Source: Myxococcota bacterium | GTDB lineage: Bacteria > Myxococcota > UBA4151 | Direction: 5' to 3' | NCBI GenBank assembly: GCA_040260805.1 | Contig: JBDQPD010000040.1 | Location: 1-28,715, forward strand | DNA length: 28,715 nt | Shown: piece by piece, positions 1 through 8,728 of the stretch | Layout of the letters: each line of letters begins with the position of its first letter | Position numbering within the stretch: position 1 is the stretch's first letter | The notes under the pieces: generated by a model | Told to the model about the DNA's origin: nothing | Seen by the model: only the letters and a program-made list of their open reading frames with translations | Databases searched by the model: none | Made by a program: the position numbers and the translations under genes

Positions 1-992
1 ACGATGATGCCGCCGAGATCGCGCAGTCGTATCTCTCGAGCGATCACTCTAGCCGCTTCGAGGTTCGTACGCACTGCGACCAGATCGGCGCTTTGCCCTT
101 TGGTTCGCCCTGAGTTGACGTCGACCGCCACCAGCGCCTCAGTCTGATCGATGACGATCGAGCCGCCACCATCCATGGGGACCAAGCGTTGGCTCAGTCG
201 AGCGATCTGGGCTTCGAGGTCAGCGGCTTCAAAGAGCGGGCTCTTGCCGGTGTGCAGGTTAACCGGAATCTTTTTGCGAGATCCGAGCTGAGCCAAATGC
301 AGCTCGACCCGCTCTTTCGCGCTGGGTGAGTCGACGATCACTTCGTCGATCTTGATCCCGAGCAGATCACGAAGGATCCGCATGTAGGGATCAGTTTCCC
401 TGAACAACAGGCAAGGGCTCTTCGCTTTTTTGGTTTCAGCGAGGAGCTTCTTCCACAGCCGAAGGCTTCGCTTGATGTCTTGTTCAATCGCCGCTTTGGT
501 TTGACCGATCGCTGCGGTGCGCAGGATCACTCCAAAGCCCTCAGGGCGGTCGATCTTCTTGAGCATGTCCCGCAAGCGGTCACGCTCCTTATCGTTTCGG
601 ATTTTACGGCTGACGCCGCCGCTGTCTGCGCCGGGCATCACCACCGAGAACCGGCCGGGTAAGGAGATGAACCCTGTCAGAGCAGCGCCCTTGGTGCCGA
701 CGGGTTCTCGCTTGACCTGGACAGGCACAAGGGTGCCTGCCTTGAGTTTACCGGGGTTGTCTAAGTGAGCGGGTAGGTCGGTCAGCGGCACGAAGCCGTC
801 GCGTTCGAGTCCAAAATCCACAAATGCAGCCTCGTGACGTTTGTCGACACGAGCCACGCGAGCCAGGTAAATGTTACCAATCAGCTCTTGAGAATCCGCA
901 CGTTCTACTAAAAATTCAACGAGCTCCTTGTTTTCCACAAGAGCTACTCGCACCTCTTCGCCGTCGCCAGCGTTAATAAGCAATCGAGTCAA
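1..992 (-). CDS. Rne/Rng family ribonuclease (RNase E/G), runs off the left edge of the window
   Basis: Absent from the ORF track, so translated by hand. TTG start at 992 after a GGGAGG RBS gives MTRLLINAGDGEEVRVALVENKELVEFLVER. Contains S1-domain GNIYLARV...AAFVDFG, VQVKREP.GTKGA, GGSIVIDQTEALVAVDVNSG and TNLEAARVIAREIRLRDLGGIIV. RNase E and RNase G cannot be told apart without the C-terminus. Confidence 0.95.
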   Translation of the reverse strand, partial: MTRLLINAGDGEEVRVALVENKELVEFLVERADSQELIGNIYLARVARVDKRHEAAFVDFGLERDGFVPLTDLPAHLDNPGKLKAGTLVPVQVKREPVGTKGAALTGFISLPGRFSVVMPGADSGGVSRKIRNDKERDRLRDMLKKIDRPEGFGVILRTAAIGQTKAAIEQDIKRSLRLWKKLLAETKKAKSPCLLFRETDPYMRILRDLLGIKIDEVIVDSPSAKERVELHLAQLGSRKKIPVNLHTGKSPLFEAADLEAQIARLSQRLVPMDGGGSIVIDQTEALVAVDVNSGRTKGQSADLVAVRTNLEAARVIAREIRLRDLGGII

Positions 993-1005
993 AAGTCGTG
1001 CCTCC

Positions 1006-1084
1006 CAGCACGTGCGCAGGGCATGCCCTGCTGATGTATACCGCGAACTCGTGCTCTGCGACCATAGGTCGCTGCAAAGCTCGC
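1006..1084 (-). promoter_or_regulatory. Structured intergenic region / putative 5' leader of the RNase E/G gene
   Basis: Long imperfect hairpin at 1043-1084 (core GCGACC-TAT-GGTCGC on the minus strand), a perfect 16-bp palindrome GCAGGGCATGCCCTGC at 1016-1031 and an 8-bp palindrome GCACGTGC at 1008-1015. Confidence 0.45.
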
Positions 1085-3006
1085 TATCGCAAGGGCGGCA
1101 TTTTGCCGTCGGCCAAGCGTTGTTTGTAGTCTGATAGGGCGGCGCGCACCTTAGGAAGGAGCAACGCACAACCGATAATGTTCGGGAACGCCATCGAAAG
1201 GATCATGAGATCCGAGAACGTGATGACAGTATCCAGCGAGCCAATGGCCCCTACAAAGACAAAGAATACGAAGATCACCTTATAGATCATGATCGAGCCA
1301 TCGTGGACGGCTTTGTCCCCGAGCTTGAGGTGGCGTCCAAAGAGGTATTCCCAGGAGCGCTCACCATAATAGCTCCAGCTGATCATGGTGCTAAAGGCGA
1401 ACAAAAGAACGGCAAAGCTGAGCACCCAAGGGAACCAGCTAAAGACAGTAGCAAATGCATTTTCTGTCAGTAAAACGCCGTTGAGATCGGTGGCATAAGC
1501 ACCGGTAACCACAACCACTAAACCGGTCATGGCGCAGACGATGATGGTGTCCAAGAAGGGCTCCATCATCGCGACCATCCCCTCGCGAACCGGTTCGGTC
1601 GTTTTGGCAGCAGAGTGGGCGATGGCAGACGAGCCAATACCCGCTTCATTCGAAAAGGCAGCTCGAGTAAACCCGATCACCAAGATACCCAAGAACCCGC
1701 CGGCGACCGCTTCGCCAGAGAATGCTGAGGACAAAATAACACCGACAGCAGCCGGCAGATCAGGCAGATGCACGAGCAGCACGGCGAAGCCACCTAACAG
1801 GTAGACCACCACCATCGCCGGTACGATGCGTTCGGCGACGCGCCCGATGCTTTTGATCCCGCCGATGATCACCAAGCCGACCATCGCAGCCATGACCAAG
1901 CCGAAGATCCATCCCTTATCTGCCAGGAAGGGTAGCCTGGAGCTGACCGCCGCAAAGGCTTGGTTGGCTTGGAACATGTTGCCGCCACCAAAGCTGCCGC
2001 CAATGCAGAAGACGGCGAAGACGATAGCGAGCACTTTGCCGAGCCCCCCCATGCCCTTCTCCGCTAAGCCTTTGCTCAGGTACAAGAAGGCGCCGCCCTC
2101 GACATGACCGTCTTCGTGAATCTCACGGTACTGTTGAGCCAGCGTCGATTCGACGAACTTTGACGCCATGCCGAAGAAGGCGAGGAACATCATCCAAAAC
2201 ACCGCACCAGGGCCGCCTTTGTGCACAGCGACCGCAACGCCGGCAATATTCCCCAGACCCACGGTGGCAGATAGCGCTGAACTGAACGCTTGGCTGTGCG
2301 TGACTTCACCGGGTGCATCTGGGTCATCATAGCGGCCGCGAATGACCAAAACAGCGTGCTTAAAGCCACTCAGGTTCACAAAGCCTGTACCGAAGGTGAA
2401 GCCGATCGCCCCGAAGATGAGAACCAGTACGACGATCGGAACTTCGGGAGTCCCCTGAGGCACTGACTTCAAAAGACCCGCAAGCTTGGTCCGAGCCGTC
2501 CCAGCCGAGAGACTGCTCAAGCCCGCTTCATCGTGGGAGACATCTAAAACGACGCGCCCTGTCTCCTTGCCTCCTTGGTGAAGACTGATCGCCCAGGTCT
2601 TCGCCGAGGCGTCATAAGCCTGGTTCAAGGTAAAAGCTGGGGTGCCTTTTTCGACCAGCCGAACACGGCGCGCCTTCGTCGCCGCGGTCTTTACCGCTCC
2701 AAAGGTAGCTGCGAGTTCCCCAGGGCAAAAAAGTGACGTTCCTTCTGGGTTGGCCACCAAGATATCGTCACCAGCAGATCCAACCGGCGAGAAGAACAAC
2801 ACCTTGAGCATGACGTTGACGGCGCCCTCGACGGCGCCGTTGAGCTGCTCTTCAATACCGCTGCTCGAGGTGACCTTGCCTTGTGCAGGACAAGCTGAGA
2901 GCCCGGCAGCAGAGCGGCGTTGAGCGAGGTCGCTCGCTTCGGCGCTGACGCCGAAACTCAAGGTCAAAGCCAGGGCACAGACAATTCGAGTTGTTCGCAA
3001 GGACAA
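1084..3006 (-). CDS. Alanine/glycine:cation symporter (AGCS family) with signal peptide and inserted extracytoplasmic segment
   Basis: AGCS motifs ALSATVGLGNIAGVAVA, GGPGAVFWM, GGGNMFQANQ, RAAFSNEAGIGS, EPFLDTIIVC and FAFSTMISWSYYGE, with many hydrophobic helices. Confidence 0.95.
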   Translation of the reverse strand: MSLRTTRIVCALALTLSFGVSAEASDLAQRRSAAGLSACPAQGKVTSSSGIEEQLNGAVEGAVNVMLKVLFFSPVGSAGDDILVANPEGTSLFCPGELAATFGAVKTAATKARRVRLVEKGTPAFTLNQAYDASAKTWAISLHQGGKETGRVVLDVSHDEAGLSSLSAGTARTKLAGLLKSVPQGTPEVPIVVLVLIFGAIGFTFGTGFVNLSGFKHAVLVIRGRYDDPDAPGEVTHSQAFSSALSATVGLGNIAGVAVAVHKGGPGAVFWMMFLAFFGMASKFVESTLAQQYREIHEDGHVEGGAFLYLSKGLAEKGMGGLGKVLAIVFAVFCIGGSFGGGNMFQANQAFAAVSSRLPFLADKGWIFGLVMAAMVGLVIIGGIKSIGRVAERIVPAMVVVYLLGGFAVLLVHLPDLPAAVGVILSSAFSGEAVAGGFLGILVIGFTRAAFSNEAGIGSSAIAHSAAKTTEPVREGMVAMMEPFLDTIIVCAMTGLVVVVTGAYATDLNGVLLTENAFATVFSWFPWVLSFAVLLFAFSTMISWSYYGERSWEYLFGRHLKLGDKAVHDGSIMIYKVIFVFFVFVGAIGSLDTVITFSDLMILSMAFPNIIGCALLLPKVRAALSDYKQRLADGKMPPLR

Positions 3007-3111
3007 GTCTTTCTGGGGCCAAGCCCCTTCTCACGCCAAAGCCCTTACACGGCTGTTGGGCTTGCGGCAATTACTCATCCAAGGGCAGTCAGAAGGTATT
3101 GGAGCAATGTC

Positions 3112-3935
3112 ATGCAGTTGTTTACCTCGAGTCTCCTTTTGGTGACGGTCTTTGCCGGACCGACGAAGACGGTTCGCTCAAAGACCGGCGTGTTCATGAA
3201 CAGCGTGCTGGTGATCGGCCCGGATGCGCACGTCGGGCTCTACAACCATGGTGAGGAGGAGGTCGACCTTTCGGGTTGGTCGCTGAACCATGAAACCGAC
3301 GCTGCGAAAAAAGGGGACTGGACGCTGCCTGATGGAACCTCCATCGGTCCAGGCGAGAGCCTGGTGATCGCCAACAGCGCAACCGCCTATCAAGCTGCGC
3401 ATGGCAAAAGCCAGACCTTGAGATCGGCACGGGCGAGGGCATCACCGATGACGACGACGTCGCCAACGTGGTGAGCGCCGACGACGCTGGCATTATTCGC
3501 TCGAGCGACGACGAGGACGGCGCGCTGGTGCTGCGTGATCCAAAGGGCGCGCTCAAGGGTCACATCGGGTTTCGACCCGATTCACCGGCGCACATCATCG
3601 AAGAGAAAAGCCAATGGAACGAAATTCCGACCGCTGCCGAGCTCGGAGAGGCGGTCACTGAGCCAAGCGCTGCGGGTGATGCTGGCGCAGACCAAGCTCA
3701 AAATCCTGGCGCATCGCCCGCATCCAAGGCCCAAAACCAAGAGTCGAAAGCGGCGGTCTCCAACGCTGCTGCCGCTGCCCCAGCGGGTGACCAGGCGGTG
3801 GTCACCGCCACCGAGACGATACCCGAAGAGGTCGCCGAAGCGGCTGAGAGCGAGAGCAGTGCGCTTTGGCTCTGGTTGAGCGCTGGTTTGGCCCTGGCAC
3901 TGGCCGGGTTCTTCTGGTTCCGGCGAGAGGAATGA
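3112..3935 (+). pseudogene. Lamin tail domain (LTD) surface protein with C-terminal membrane anchor, split by a 1-nt frameshift near 3406-3410 (real lesion or sequencing error)
   Basis: ATG 3112 after GGAG. Hydrophobic N-terminus and LTD signature LYNHGEEEVDLSGWSL...LPDGTSIGPGESLVI. The protein-like reading continues in another frame after GGC AAA AG (KPDLEIGTGEGITDDDDVANVVSADD...LVLRDPKG). It ends in an Ala/Glu/Pro-rich linker, a TM helix and RREE. Adding one A would give a single ORF of about 274 aa. Confidence 0.8.
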
Positions 3936-4318
3936 TCCGCTTGGTCCTGATCGGTGCTCTGTGCTGGTCAAGCGCTGCGCAGGCTGCCTGGGAACTGGGC
4001 ATGCAAGGCACCTATGCGTCATCAGGACCCGGCGGTTTGGCAGAGGTTCATTACAGCCCACAGGGCTTTTGGGCGGTCGGGCTCGTGACGCGTTTGGGCG
4101 AACTTCCAGAGCTCGCTTTGCGCGGCTCATTTGAGCTCTTTAAGTGGGTTCCTCGTGTGACGATAAGGTCGGGATATTCCGGGGGTGTTACCTTTGGTAC
4201 GGACGTCGGAATGGACTACTTTGTGTGGCGCCAGATCAGTGTGAGGTCGCGCATGGGTTGGTCGAGCCAAAAGGGGCTCGATGCAGGGCTTGGTTTCGCT
4301 TGGTTTCCTTTCGACTAG
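3932..4318 (+). CDS. Small secreted protein, probable 8-stranded outer-membrane beta-barrel (128 aa)
   Basis: ATG overlaps the upstream stop (ATGA). Signal peptide ends in AQA, followed by about eight short amphipathic beta-strands and an aromatic C-terminal strand (AGLGFAWFPFD). Confidence 0.7.
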   Translation: MIRLVLIGALCWSSAAQAAWELGMQGTYASSGPGGLAEVHYSPQGFWAVGLVTRLGELPELALRGSFELFKWVPRVTIRSGYSGGVTFGTDVGMDYFVWRQISVRSRMGWSSQKGLDAGLGFAWFPFD

Positions 4319-4397
4319 ATGGTCACCGTCGTGTGACGGTTGACAGCTTGAAGAACTCGTCGCACGGCGTTGGCCAGACAATCTGCGGAGCCCTGAT

Positions 4398-5345
4398 ATG
4401 ACTCGTATTTTGATCTCTGATGCCTACGCCCAAGAAGGGCTGGAGCTCCTCGAAAACGCCGGCGATGTTGAGCTGGTTAATCAGCCTGGAATGAGCGCTG
4501 AAGAGCTGCTCGAGGTGATCGATTCGTTCGATGGTCTGGGCGTACGTTCGGCGACGAAGGTCACGCCCGAAGTGATCGCCGCCTCGAAAGGCCGCCTCAA
4601 GGTCGTTGTGCGTGCGGGCGTTGGTGTGGACAACATCGACCTCGATGCCGCCGCGCAGGCTGGGGTTGCGGTCATGAACACGCCCTTTGGCAACACGGTG
4701 AGCGCTGCGGAACACGCAGTCGCTTTGCTGATGTCGGTCTCGCGCAACATCCCTCAGGCGACCTCATCGATGAAGGCCGGACGCTGGGACAAGAAGAAGC
4801 TCTCGGGTCGCCAACTGACTGGGCGCTGCGCAGGCGTGATCGGCTTTGGCAATATCGGTAAAGTGGTCGTGGATCGCTTGGTCGGTCTTCGGTTGAAGGT
4901 CTTGGTCAGTGATCCGGTAGCCTCCGCGGAAGACGTGGCAGCGCTCGGCGCTGAGCTGGTTGATCTAGAGACGCTCTTGGCAGCGGCCGATTACGTGACG
5001 CTGCATGTGCCTTTGGTTTCTGCCACCGCGCATCTGATCAACGATCAAACGCTCGCCCAGATGAAGGACGATGCCTTTTTGATCTGCGCTGCACGCGGCG
5101 GTGTGGTCGATGAGTCGGCGCTTCTGCGCTGTCTAGAGTCCGGCCGTTTGAGCGGCGCTGCTTTAGATGTTTTTGAGCAAGAGCCAGTGGCTGCGGACAG
5201 CGCCTTGGTGGCTCATCCTAAAGTGATCTGCAGCCCGCATCTCGGGGCTTCCACTCGGGAGGCTCAACTTCAGGTCAGCATCGATGCTGCGGACCAGCTG
5301 CTGCACTTCTTTCGCACGGGCGAACCCATGAACAAGGTCAACTAA
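4398..5345 (+). CDS. serA: D-3-phosphoglycerate dehydrogenase-like D-2-hydroxyacid dehydrogenase, short form without ASB/ACT domains
   Basis: VRSATKVT, RAGVGVDNIDL, NTPFGNTVSAAEH, GFGNIG Rossmann motif, and catalytic R/E/H in ARGG, DVFEQEP and PHLGAST. GGAG RBS. 315 aa. Confidence 0.85.
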   Translation: MTRILISDAYAQEGLELLENAGDVELVNQPGMSAEELLEVIDSFDGLGVRSATKVTPEVIAASKGRLKVVVRAGVGVDNIDLDAAAQAGVAVMNTPFGNTVSAAEHAVALLMSVSRNIPQATSSMKAGRWDKKKLSGRQLTGRCAGVIGFGNIGKVVVDRLVGLRLKVLVSDPVASAEDVAALGAELVDLETLLAAADYVTLHVPLVSATAHLINDQTLAQMKDDAFLICAARGGVVDESALLRCLESGRLSGAALDVFEQEPVAADSALVAHPKVICSPHLGASTREAQLQVSIDAADQLLHFFRTGEPMNKVN

Positions 5346-5359
5346 GCAGCGCTTATGCA

Positions 5360-8300
5360 TTGGCGAGGATTGCTTATCCGAAGGCTCAAACTCACGATAT
5401 GCTAAGCGCCGGACCGAGCTTAGCCAGTTTCGATCTCCTTGAGCCTTTAGCTCGAGGCGGAATGGGCGAGGTCTGGTCGGCGCAGCACAGACCATCAGGG
5501 CGCGAAGTCGCGCTCAAGGTGTTGCACGCTGAGGGCGCGCGCAAAGCGATCGTCGATGCCTTTCAACTCGAAGCCCGAGCCGCAGCTTCACTCAACCATG
5601 ATGGCGTCGTTCAGATCTACGAGTTCGGTCGCTGTGGCGAGGACTCACCTTTTGTAGCGGGGAGTCCCTGGCTAGCCATGGAGTTATGCCGCGGTGGGAG
5701 TTTAGCCGATCGCCGCTACACCAGCTGGGCTGATTTCCAGCCCTTGCTGGTGCGATTACTCAGAGTCCTCGCTTACACCCACGCACGAGGTGTAGTTCAC
5801 CGGGACCTCAAGCCGGAAAATGTGCTCTTTGCGAGCCGAGAAGATCACACGCTGGGTAAACTGAGTGATTTTGGTTTGGCGACCGCGCTGGGTGCTGCCA
5901 ACGAACCCGCAGATCAACGCGTGGTGGGAACGCCGAGCTACATGGCGCCCGAACAGTATCTTCAGCGTTGGCGCTCATTTTGTCCGGCGACCGATCTGTA
6001 TGCGCTGGCGTGCCTGGCATGGCGGGTCGTCTGCGGAGCCGCTCCATTTGATCGTCAAAGCACTGATTTGACCAGCCTAGCGCGTGCCCACATGCGCAGC
6101 TCGCCGCCGCCTCTAAAGCCGATGTTCGATGTGCCTCAAGCCTTCGAGGACTGGTTGCTTTGGTTGCTTGAAAAAGACCCTGTATTGCGACCTGCGTGTG
6201 CAGCAGACGCTGCGTTACAGTTGCCTCTCGCCGAGGCAGAGCCCTACCATTTCTCCGAGGCGTCTACTGACGAAATAGAGGTCGATACGATCGATCTGGC
6301 TGGTTTGTCGTTTACGCTCGATGAGCAGCCGGATCGAGACCTGCCCAGGTTGTCTACTCGGTGGCACGAAACCAAGAGTATCGTGCCGACCTTAGCCGCA
6401 GCGGGCGTCGGGGTCTTTAATCTCCGGCAGCCCCCATTTGTGGGGCGCGGGCAGCTGTGCGGCATCCTGTGGAAGCAATTAGTTCAGGTGATCGAACAGG
6501 GCGTTGGGGCGGTGGTGCACCTGTCCGGTGATGCCGGCAGCGGTAAGACGCGCGTGGCAGATGAGATCTGCCTTCGGGCTCATGAAGAAGCCGGTATCCG
6601 GAGTCTGGCAGCCCATCACAATGCCCATGGTGGGGTCGGTGAGGGCTTACATGCCATGCTGACGCAGTACCTCTCGGCGACGGATCTAACGGGCGCAGCG
6701 TTGCGGCGTCACCTCGACGAACGCTTAGGCCGCGGCGCACAGATGGGGCGCGCCGTGATGATCGCATCGTGGCTAGAGCCAGACGCAGACGCAAAAGGCA
6801 GATCGCAAAAGCGCCGATTTGAGCAGCTTTACGGGATACTTCGTGCCGAGGCGAAGCCGCGCGGATTGATCGTTCGCCTTGAGGATCTTCAGTGGGGCTC
6901 CGAGGCGCTATTCTTTGCCGACTATTTTATCGAGCAGCAGCAGCATAACCCAGCCAATATTTTGCTGATCACGAGCGAGCGTCGCCACGTCGGGGCGCTC
7001 AGCGAAGCCCGCATGCGCCGCTTGGTTCGATTAAGGCAGCATGATGCGGTTCTGCACCTCGAGGTCGGACCGCTGACGCGTCAGCAAATGGGACACCTCG
7101 TCGATGGTATTTTGGGCTTGCATTCAGACCTCAGCGACCGAGTGGTTTCGCGGTGCGATGGCTACCCGCTTTTCGCCTTGCAGTTGCTCGCTGATTGGGT
7201 CCGGCGTGGTTGGCTCGTCAGCAGCTCGGAAGGGTTAAGTCTGGCGGCAGGAACCAACCCTGAGATACCTGACTCATTGCATCAGCTATGGCTATCTAAG
7301 CTGCTTGAAATATGTGAAAAATCATCCGACCTCGACGCCGCTGTTATTCGATGTTTAGGCTTGCTTGGTCGCCGAGTCGACTTCGCCGAAGCGGCCGCCG
7401 TATTTGCGGTGAACCACTTTAAGAATGGCGATCTTTTAGTCGAGCTGTTGATCGATCGAGGCTTAGCCCACCGTGAGGTCACTGGATGGGTCTGGATCCA
7501 TGGCTTGTTGCAGGAAAGTCTGCATCGCTTCGTCAATGAATCAGACGGTAAAGAGACCATTAATTCGCGCGTCGCTGAGGCCTTGTTGAGCATCCATGGA
7601 GCGGGCGGACCTCAAGCGCTTCGGATCGCTCGGCACCAAATGGTCGCTGGGCAGCTCGAAGAGGCGCTCTCAATGCTCCTGCCCGAGATTGTGGCGGGCA
7701 CGGAGAATGGCGCATTATTGTATGCGCGAGAGGCGCTGATCTGCGCTTATGAGACGGTCCGAGAGCTTCAGCTGCCTGAGCACGACATTCGCTGGTGCGA
7801 GCTCCGGCTCGCCGACGCAGAGCTCAGTTTGATCGAAAACAAACCGCGCCGGGCTCTCGAGCTTGTGCAAGCGACTGCGGACCACACTCAAGATGATCTG
7901 CTTCGCTGCCGAGCGATGATGATCGAGGGCCCTTGCCTGGAACTGCTCGGCGACCATGCGCGCGCCTCGTCGATCTCAGACCAATCCATCGAGCTCGCCA
8001 GGCGTCTTGATTTAGAGGAGATCTTGCTTCGAGCGCTTCGCCAGCGGAGTTGGACAGCGATTCGTTCAGGTGATTGGCTCAAGGCAGAGCAAACCTTAAA
8101 AATGGTCGGTGACCGCCTCGCTCTGAAGCCCCCCGGGCGCCATGCGATTCGGCACCTCAGAGACAGCGCAGTGCTTGCGAAGCATCGCGGTTTGTACGCC
8201 CAAGCCATGCATTTTTGTCTCGAGGCAGAGACCTTAGCTCGTCAGGTCAAATCGGACCGATTGCTGGGCGCAGCCATCGAGACCCGTGCCGAGATTCTCA

Positions 8301-8728
8301 AGCTGGATAATCGGCCTGATCAGGCGGTTGAGCTGTATCGCCGAGTCATCCGTATGGAAGAAACCAATGGCTGGAGCTCGCCGGTATCTCGGCTGAATCT
8401 AGGCATGGCGCTGGCTGCCTCGGGTGGGTTTGAAGAGGCGCAAACCCTTCTGAGCGATCTCGAGACCTTGTTTCGGCGCAACGGCATCGCTGTTCCGGCG
8501 CTGATCGCCAGTCTTGCGATGGGTTTGGCGCAAAGTTGCGACCCAACCCAGGTCTGCGATGAGGGTGATCTGTTGAGCCGCTTTGAAGAGGTCGAGGACC
8601 TTGGGCTGATCGATCCCGACTTTGCCTGGTTGTTTGAGCAGTTTGCTCGAACGCTGAGCGGCTCGCTTCGAGACGAAGCGGAGCGCATGGCGCAAGCGAT
8701 GTGGCAGGGGCTAGGGCTCGAGCGTTAG
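5360..8728 (+). CDS. Hanks-type Ser/Thr protein kinase fused to a P-loop (AAA/STAND-like) NTPase and TPR-like helical repeats
   Basis: Kinase motifs RGGMGEVW, VALKVL, HRDLKPEN, DFGLA and GTPSYMAPEQ. Walker A GDAGSGKT, Walker B-like VRLEDLQW, GxP (GYPLF), then helical repeats. The start could be TTG 5360 or ATG 5399. Confidence 0.92.
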   Translation: MARIAYPKAQTHDMLSAGPSLASFDLLEPLARGGMGEVWSAQHRPSGREVALKVLHAEGARKAIVDAFQLEARAAASLNHDGVVQIYEFGRCGEDSPFVAGSPWLAMELCRGGSLADRRYTSWADFQPLLVRLLRVLAYTHARGVVHRDLKPENVLFASREDHTLGKLSDFGLATALGAANEPADQRVVGTPSYMAPEQYLQRWRSFCPATDLYALACLAWRVVCGAAPFDRQSTDLTSLARAHMRSSPPPLKPMFDVPQAFEDWLLWLLEKDPVLRPACAADAALQLPLAEAEPYHFSEASTDEIEVDTIDLAGLSFTLDEQPDRDLPRLSTRWHETKSIVPTLAAAGVGVFNLRQPPFVGRGQLCGILWKQLVQVIEQGVGAVVHLSGDAGSGKTRVADEICLRAHEEAGIRSLAAHHNAHGGVGEGLHAMLTQYLSATDLTGAALRRHLDERLGRGAQMGRAVMIASWLEPDADAKGRSQKRRFEQLYGILRAEAKPRGLIVRLEDLQWGSEALFFADYFIEQQQHNPANILLITSERRHVGALSEARMRRLVRLRQHDAVLHLEVGPLTRQQMGHLVDGILGLHSDLSDRVVSRCDGYPLFALQLLADWVRRGWLVSSSEGLSLAAGTNPEIPDSLHQLWLSKLLEICEKSSDLDAAVIRCLGLLGRRVDFAEAAAVFAVNHFKNGDLLVELLIDRGLAHREVTGWVWIHGLLQESLHRFVNESDGKETINSRVAEALLSIHGAGGPQALRIARHQMVAGQLEEALSMLLPEIVAGTENGALLYAREALICAYETVRELQLPEHDIRWCELRLADAELSLIENKPRRALELVQATADHTQDDLLRCRAMMIEGPCLELLGDHARASSISDQSIELARRLDLEEILLRALRQRSWTAIRSGDWLKAEQTLKMVGDRLALKPPGRHAIRHLRDSAVLAKHRGLYAQAMHFCLEAETLARQVKSDRLLGAAIETRAEILKLDNRPDQAVELYRRVIRMEETNGWSSPVSRLNLGMALAASGGFEEAQTLLSDLETLFRRNGIAVPALIASLAMGLAQSCDPTQVCDEGDLLSRFEEVEDLGLIDPDFAWLFEQFARTLSGSLRDEAERMAQAMWQGLGLER

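Noticed and set aside
3850..3935. MYXO-CTERM, PEP-CTERM or LPXTG sorting signal
   Set aside because: The TM helix and basic tail are present, but the diagnostic Cys, PEP or LPXTG motif is absent.
4322..4390. Perfect TTGACA at 4340-4345 and a sigma54-like TGGC...TGC upstream of serA
   Set aside because: No -10 hexamer at 16-18 bp, and the GG-GC spacing is 11 rather than 10. The TTGACA lies inside a hairpin (4322-4344).
4398..5345. Idea that serA supplies head-group serine to the ether-lipid operon
   Set aside because: It is about 13 kb away in a different transcription unit, and nothing in the sequence links the two.
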